A stretch of 64,000 nt of DNA. It comes from an uncultured Nitrososphaerota archaeon. GTDB lineage: Archaea; Thermoproteota; Nitrososphaeria; Nitrososphaerales; Nitrosopumilaceae. Below are positions 58,860 to 64,000 of this stretch, piece by piece; position 1 is the stretch's first letter, and each line of letters begins with the position of its first letter. Below the pieces are notes generated by a model that worked only from the letters and a program-made list of their open reading frames with translations, did no database searches and was not told where the DNA came from. The stretch is from contig OY969559.1 in assembly GCA_963701075.1 (NCBI GenBank), positions 1,440,001 through 1,504,000 of the forward strand, in the 5' to 3' direction. Both the position numbers and the translations under genes were made by a program.

Positions 58860-60535
58860 ATGAACATGATACTAGATACAATTTTTCTAAATATTTCTGT
58901 GAGGGAGTTTTCACATGTGCTTCTCTATTCCTCATATTCTTTGCTAAGAATGACTATTGCCCTTGTCATATCGTATGTATTTGCAATAACATATGGTGTT
59001 GCAGCAGCGCGTAACAAAAAAGCTGAAAAAATACTGATGCCCATTTTAGATATCTTACAATCGGTTCCCATTCTGGGATTCTTTCCGGCAGCCATATTCT
59101 TCTTTATCGCCTTATTCCATCAAAGTTGGGTTGGAGTTGAGATGGCTGCAGTATTTCTCATCTTTACAAGTCAAGCTTGGAATCTTGCCTTTGCAGTGTA
59201 TGAATCAGTATCATCCATACCTGCAGATTTGGAAGAGGTGTCAGGTTCATTCGGATTAAAAAAGTGGAAAAAATTCACGACATTGTACATCCCAGCGTCC
59301 TTACCAAAGCTGATCTATAACGGGATTTTATCATGGTCTGCAGGATGGTATTATTTGGTGGCTGCAGAAATGATCTCCATAGGGTCACAGCAGTTCAACA
59401 TGCATGGTATTGGAAGTCTATCTCAGCTGAAGCGACTTACACAGGAGACTATCAAGGAACAATCATGGGTCTTTCTGTGCTTGTCATGATAATTCTTTTT
59501 GTCGATTTGATATTGTGGCGCCCTCTAAGACACTATGCAAATAGATTCAGGTATGAAGCAGTGTCTTCTGAGGAAGATCAGTCTCACAAAGGCGGTATTC
59601 AGGATCAGAGAATTACATGGTTGCGAAGTCACTTATTCATATTACCTGTCAGATCTACAGGACTGACTCAGGCAATTACTACTAGCAGATTCAAACCAAT
59701 CATTGCAACCGTCAGACATGCTACAGAGGAACCAAAATTTGTTCAAAGACACCGCAAGCCGATACTGATTGCAGCGATAGTTATCATCTTGGGCATATTT
59801 GTTATTACAAGTGAAGCTTTTCTTGTAGGACTAGTCTCGTTTCCAGCTAGCATGACAAATGACTTGAAAAAACCAGAAATAGCTTCGGTGGCAGCCCAGA
59901 TCCCTGCTGCATTAGGAGCTTCAATACTTCGACTATTGGCAGCTTATCTAATCAGCATAGCATGGATTATTCCTCTAGCTCTAAAACTAGCAGGCAAGCC
60001 AAAATCTTTTGGCACGTCCATATTTACAATGGAGATTCTTGCGTCTCTTCCTGCAACTGCACTCTTTCCAATTATAGTGCTAGGAACCATGCATTTGCCA
60101 GGTGGTCTACAACTCACGTCAATTGTTCTCACAATGACTGGAATGCAGTGGTATCTGCTCTTTAACATACTGGGCGGGGTCAAGGCAATTCCATCAGACT
60201 TGGTTGAAGCAGCAAAGACATATCGCATCACAGGATTGCAAAAGCTCCGAAAATTTATCCTGCCTGCAATTCTTCCCACATTTATTACTGGAAGCATAAC
60301 TGCATGGGGTGGTGGATGGAATGCATTGGTTTTATCAGAATATATCACATTTAACAAACAGACATTATCCGTGCAAGGCATTGGGGCATTAATGAATGAA
60401 TCAGCGTACAATCTGGGTAGTGTTACTTTGCTTACTTTGACTATTGTTGTGATGGTCTGCGTAGTAGTAGGAATGAACAGATTGATATGGAGACGACTTT
60501 ACAAAATAACGTTTACAAAGTATAAGTTGGATTGA
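58860..60535 (+). CDS. NitT/TauT-family ABC permease (two permease domains), split by a frameshift at about 59420
   Basis: PILDILQSVPILGF and EAA-like loops (SIPADLEE, AIPSDLVEAA), GSITAWGGGWNAL..SE. Confidence 0.88.
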
Positions 60536-60544
60536 TGAGATTAA

Positions 60545-61318
60545 TTGACAACACAAATTGAGATGCCAAAACTAGTTGAACTTCGTAATGTTACCAAAGC
60601 ATACGGCCCATTAACTCAGAGACCACAAGTTGTTTTGGAGCACATCAACTTCACGGTACGACAACATGAGTTTGTCAGCATAGTAGGACCGTCAGGATGT
60701 GGAAAATCAACACTCTTGAGAATAATGATAGGCCTTACCAAACCAGAAGATGGCGATGTGTATTATCACGATAAGAAGATTGGCGGAATTTGTGAGGCAA
60801 TGTCAATGGTTTTTCAGACGTTTGCATTATTTCCATGGTTAAATGTTATTGGAAATGTGGAACTTGGACTAGAAGGAAAGCCGTTTTCTAAAGAAGAAAA
60901 AAGAAAACGAGTATTAGACGTAGTCAAGGTAATTGGTCTTGAAGGATACGAGGAAGCTTATCCAAGAGAACTGTCAGGAGGGATGAAGCAACGTGTCGGA
61001 CTTGCAAGAGCAATGGTTTCAGAACCTGAAATTCTTTTGATGGATGAACCGTTCTCAGCATTAGATCCTTTGACCTCTACACACCTAAGAGAAGAGGTAT
61101 TGCACCTATGGGCAGACCCAACCTTGCCCCCAGAGGCAGTAGTAATGGTAACACATAATGTAGAAGAGGCGGTATACATGGCAGATAGGATTATTGTTTT
61201 GACATCTAGGCCAGGCACCATAGCCAAAGAGTTCCACATAGATCTACCCAGACCAAGAGATACGCGAAGCCCTGAACTATACAAGCTTGTAGACGAGATA
61301 ACAGGATTTATAGTATGA
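60545..61318 (+). CDS. NitT/TauT-family ABC ATPase
   Basis: GPSGCGKST, VFQTFALFPW, LSGGMKQRV, LMDEPFSALD and VTH. Confidence 0.95.
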   Translation: MTTQIEMPKLVELRNVTKAYGPLTQRPQVVLEHINFTVRQHEFVSIVGPSGCGKSTLLRIMIGLTKPEDGDVYYHDKKIGGICEAMSMVFQTFALFPWLNVIGNVELGLEGKPFSKEEKRKRVLDVVKVIGLEGYEEAYPRELSGGMKQRVGLARAMVSEPEILLMDEPFSALDPLTSTHLREEVLHLWADPTLPPEAVVMVTHNVEEAVYMADRIIVLTSRPGTIAKEFHIDLPRPRDTRSPELYKLVDEITGFIV

Positions 61319-61351
61319 TGAAGATTTATTTGGCAGCAATAAAACCGGAAT

Positions 61352-61861
61352 TTGTTTTATGGAGAAAATAGGTTGACCATTCCGCGTGTTCAAGTTGGAA
61401 GAATGATTGGGCTCTTGGAGATTTTACAAGACTTTAAGGGCAAGGTGGATTTGGCCAAAGTTGCAGAAGAGCTTAGACTAGAGCTTGATGACATACTTCC
61501 TGCGGTGGATGCTGCAAAGCTTTTGCGTCTACTTCAGGTAGATACAGGTGATCTGATTCTAACTGAAGATGGAAAAATGCTACTCTCAAATAATGCAAGC
61601 GGCAGAAAAAAAATGCTCAACAAGACATTGTCAAGTTTGGGAGAATTCAAAGGCATTACAGATTTTATTAAAAATGATCACGGTGGCGAAATAACAAAAG
61701 ATGAACTCATTGGATTCATTAAAGAAAACATGCCCGATGTTGATGCAGAGCAGACATTTTCATGGATTGTGGAATGGGGACGCTATTCATTATTGTTAAG
61801 GTATGATAGCGGCAGTGAAAAAATAAAGATCACACAGAAAAGCACAAGTTCCAAAGAGTAA
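61352..61861 (+). CDS. AAA-associated domain protein (separate C-terminal domain of NitT/TauT ATPases)
   Basis: M.GLLE.L...G..DL..LA..L..E.DDILP..DAA..L and WGRY..L..YD. Confidence 0.85.
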   Translation: MFYGENRLTIPRVQVGRMIGLLEILQDFKGKVDLAKVAEELRLELDDILPAVDAAKLLRLLQVDTGDLILTEDGKMLLSNNASGRKKMLNKTLSSLGEFKGITDFIKNDHGGEITKDELIGFIKENMPDVDAEQTFSWIVEWGRYSLLLRYDSGSEKIKITQKSTSSKE

Positions 61862-62070
61862 TCACTAGACAAGATTAGTATTATTCAGTGGTTTTTTCCC
61901 AGTGGACATTTTTATCAAATCTTTGATTTCCTTGTTAGTTATTATGCTAAAATAGATCATTTCTATTAAAATTGATTTAAATTAACTATAAATCTAGTAT
62001 AATCTCTATTTTGTATGGAAAATCAAAGGTTCATAAATCGAATTCACCAACTCTCGGAGAATTACCTATC

Positions 62071-63784
62071 ATGAAAGAATTTGGAACCTTAGAGTATGTC
62101 TTGGATACATATTCAAAAAACTGGACTTGGAAGCTGACCGGCTCTAGAGCTGTTAGCATGGTTGCCCGAGTTATTCCCCATGCATGGTATGGGGATGGTC
62201 CTGAAGAAGCTATAGTACCTGATACAGAACACAATGTTCAGAAAATTAAATGGATAATGGAAACATATCCACTTGAGATAAAATCTAGAAACATTTGGCA
62301 AAGAAAGACAAGACATATGAAAGTGTCAAAAAAGAAATGGACTAGAATAGAAAAATTGCGAAAAGCAAACCCCGGTGAGCAGTTCAGGGGCACGCTACTT
62401 AATTTTCAAAGAGAAGGACTGGATTTTCTTCTAAAATCTTCTGGCAATGCCCTTTTAGCTGACGAAATGGGATTGGGCAAGACAGTCCAGACCCTATCAT
62501 ATCTTGCAACAGAAAGACAAACATTTCCAGCTCTAATTGTTGCGCCTCTTGTGACCTTGAGCAATTGGCAAAGAGAAATTCAAAAGTTTCTCAAGAGAAG
62601 AAGCAGAAATGGAAGAATAGTTGAAGGTGAGTATCCAACATCAGTTTTAATTCGAACTGGCAAGTCACAGGAAATAGCCAAGCATGACATTTACATCATA
62701 AATTATGATCTGTTATACAAGAGGTTGGATGATCTTTCGAAACTTAACATAAAGACACTTGTATGCGATGAGGTGCAACACCTTCGTTCAAAATCAACTA
62801 AAAAGTATTCCGCAGTAAAGAAACTTGCCGCACTAGAATCTGTAAAATACAGAATCGGACTGTCTGGCACTCCAATCTACAACAGAGGATCTGAGATTTG
62901 GCCCATAGTAGACATACTCAGACCTGGACTACTTGGAAGTTTTGATGAATTTTGCGAGTATTTCTGCTATGTAAACGAGAAGGGCAAGGCAATAGTTCTT
63001 GAAAATAAACGTGCCAGCTTGGGTGAAGAGCTAAGAAAACATGTAATGCTAAGGCGCAAAAAGTCAGACGTACTAAAAGAGTTGAAAGAAAAAGTAAGAT
63101 ACAAAGAACTCATCGAGTCAGACATCAATTATTATCATGCTGAGCTTGACAAAATATGGAAGCGCTTAGAAGAAGAACAAAAAACTGCGACCTCTGCCTT
63201 TGACAAGTTTTCATCATACAAAAGAGCCATCCAAAGCGAGAGACAGGCAGCAGGCGCTGCAAAAGTACCTCATGTCATAGAGTTTGTCAAAAACATCATG
63301 GAGATAGAGGAAAGTGTTGTTGTGTTTTGCCACCACAAGGCAATTCATGGATTGTTACACAAGAGTCTTCATGAATATTCCCCGTCTTCCATCATAGGAG
63401 GCCAGACAGACAAAGAGCGACAAGGCAACATCGACAGATTCCAAAATGGTGAAACAAAGACTAATGATTGCAGGACTCAGGGCTGGCAATGTTGGAATCA
63501 ACCTGAGTAGGGCAAGATATGTAATATTTGCAGAACTTGATTGGAGTCCTGCCATTCACAGACAAGCTGAAGATAGATTACACAGGATAGGACAGAAGAA
63601 TACAGTATTTGCATACTATTTGATGGGCAATGGAACATTAGATGACCACGTAGCAAATGTGTTAGTTGACAAGAGTTATGAGATAGATGCCATCATGGAT
63701 GAAAAAGAAGAGCCTTTTGAAGACAAGGACAAGGCGGAATTAATCTTGGCCCAAATTCACGACAAGCTCTCAACTAAGCGCTAG
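62071..63784 (+). CDS. SNF2-family helicase (SMARCAL1/HARP-like), split by a 1-nt insertion at about 63460
   Basis: LLADEMGLGKT, DEVQ, LSGTPI.N, VVFCHH, G.NL..A..V.F.EL.W.P....QAEDR.HRIGQ. Confidence 0.92.
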
Positions 63785-63786
63785 TT

Positions 63787-63963
63787 TTATCGCTCTTCAT
63801 GTATCTCGTATGTGTCAAAAAAGTCCTGGCCTTCCCCTAAATGTTGTGTAATAAATGACTCTAGTTTTTTAATTACTTCGGCACGACTCATCCTTCCTTC
63901 CTTGGATACGTAATACTCTACATTTGATTTTCGAAATTTCTTATAGTTCATCCCTTTTGCCAT
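63787..63963 (-). CDS. Small hypothetical protein
   Basis: 58-aa ORF beginning MAKGMNYKKF, convergent with the helicase. Confidence 0.6.
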   Translation of the reverse strand: MAKGMNYKKFRKSNVEYYVSKEGRMSRAEVIKKLESFITQHLGEGQDFFDTYEIHEER

Positions 63964-64000
63964 TATTATTATTACAGAGTTATCCATAATAAGAGATCTT

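Noticed and set aside
1-64000. tRNA, rRNA or CRISPR arrays
   Set aside because: No cloverleaf, rRNA-like GC-rich block or regularly spaced repeat was seen by eye. tRNAscan-SE or Infernal would be needed to exclude them.

Overview
This is an AT-rich archaeal window whose gene set points to an ammonia-oxidising thaumarchaeote (Nitrososphaerota): thaumarchaeosortase, a tandem-cupredoxin membrane protein, Alba, NurA-HerA-Mre11-Rad50, Rpo7/Spt4 and class III PhaC. A Nitrosotalea-like genus is an inference. Most of it is core housekeeping DNA. Accessory parts are one complete IS5-family element (3125-3998) and a roughly 4 kb island with two HEPN-like genes (8.6-12.5 kb). The main finding is a pair of fluoride (crcB-motif) riboswitches on the minus strand at about 22.1 kb and 21.3 kb. 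Each has a hairpin that hides the ribosome-binding region just before an AUG. The first precedes an unannotated 40-aa ORF translationally coupled to a TIR-domain gene. The second precedes a membrane-anchored surface protein, upstream of crcB/Fluc and DUF190. Other findings: a half-size deoxyhypusine-hydroxylase-like HEAT protein; a truncated CysRS paralogue overlapping a GNAT gene (MshC/MshD-like logic); and eight frameshifts in seven conserved genes that all fall at AGCT. The AGCT pattern suggests sequencing errors caused by AGCT methylation rather than real pseudogenes. All family calls come from motif recognition by eye; no searches were run.
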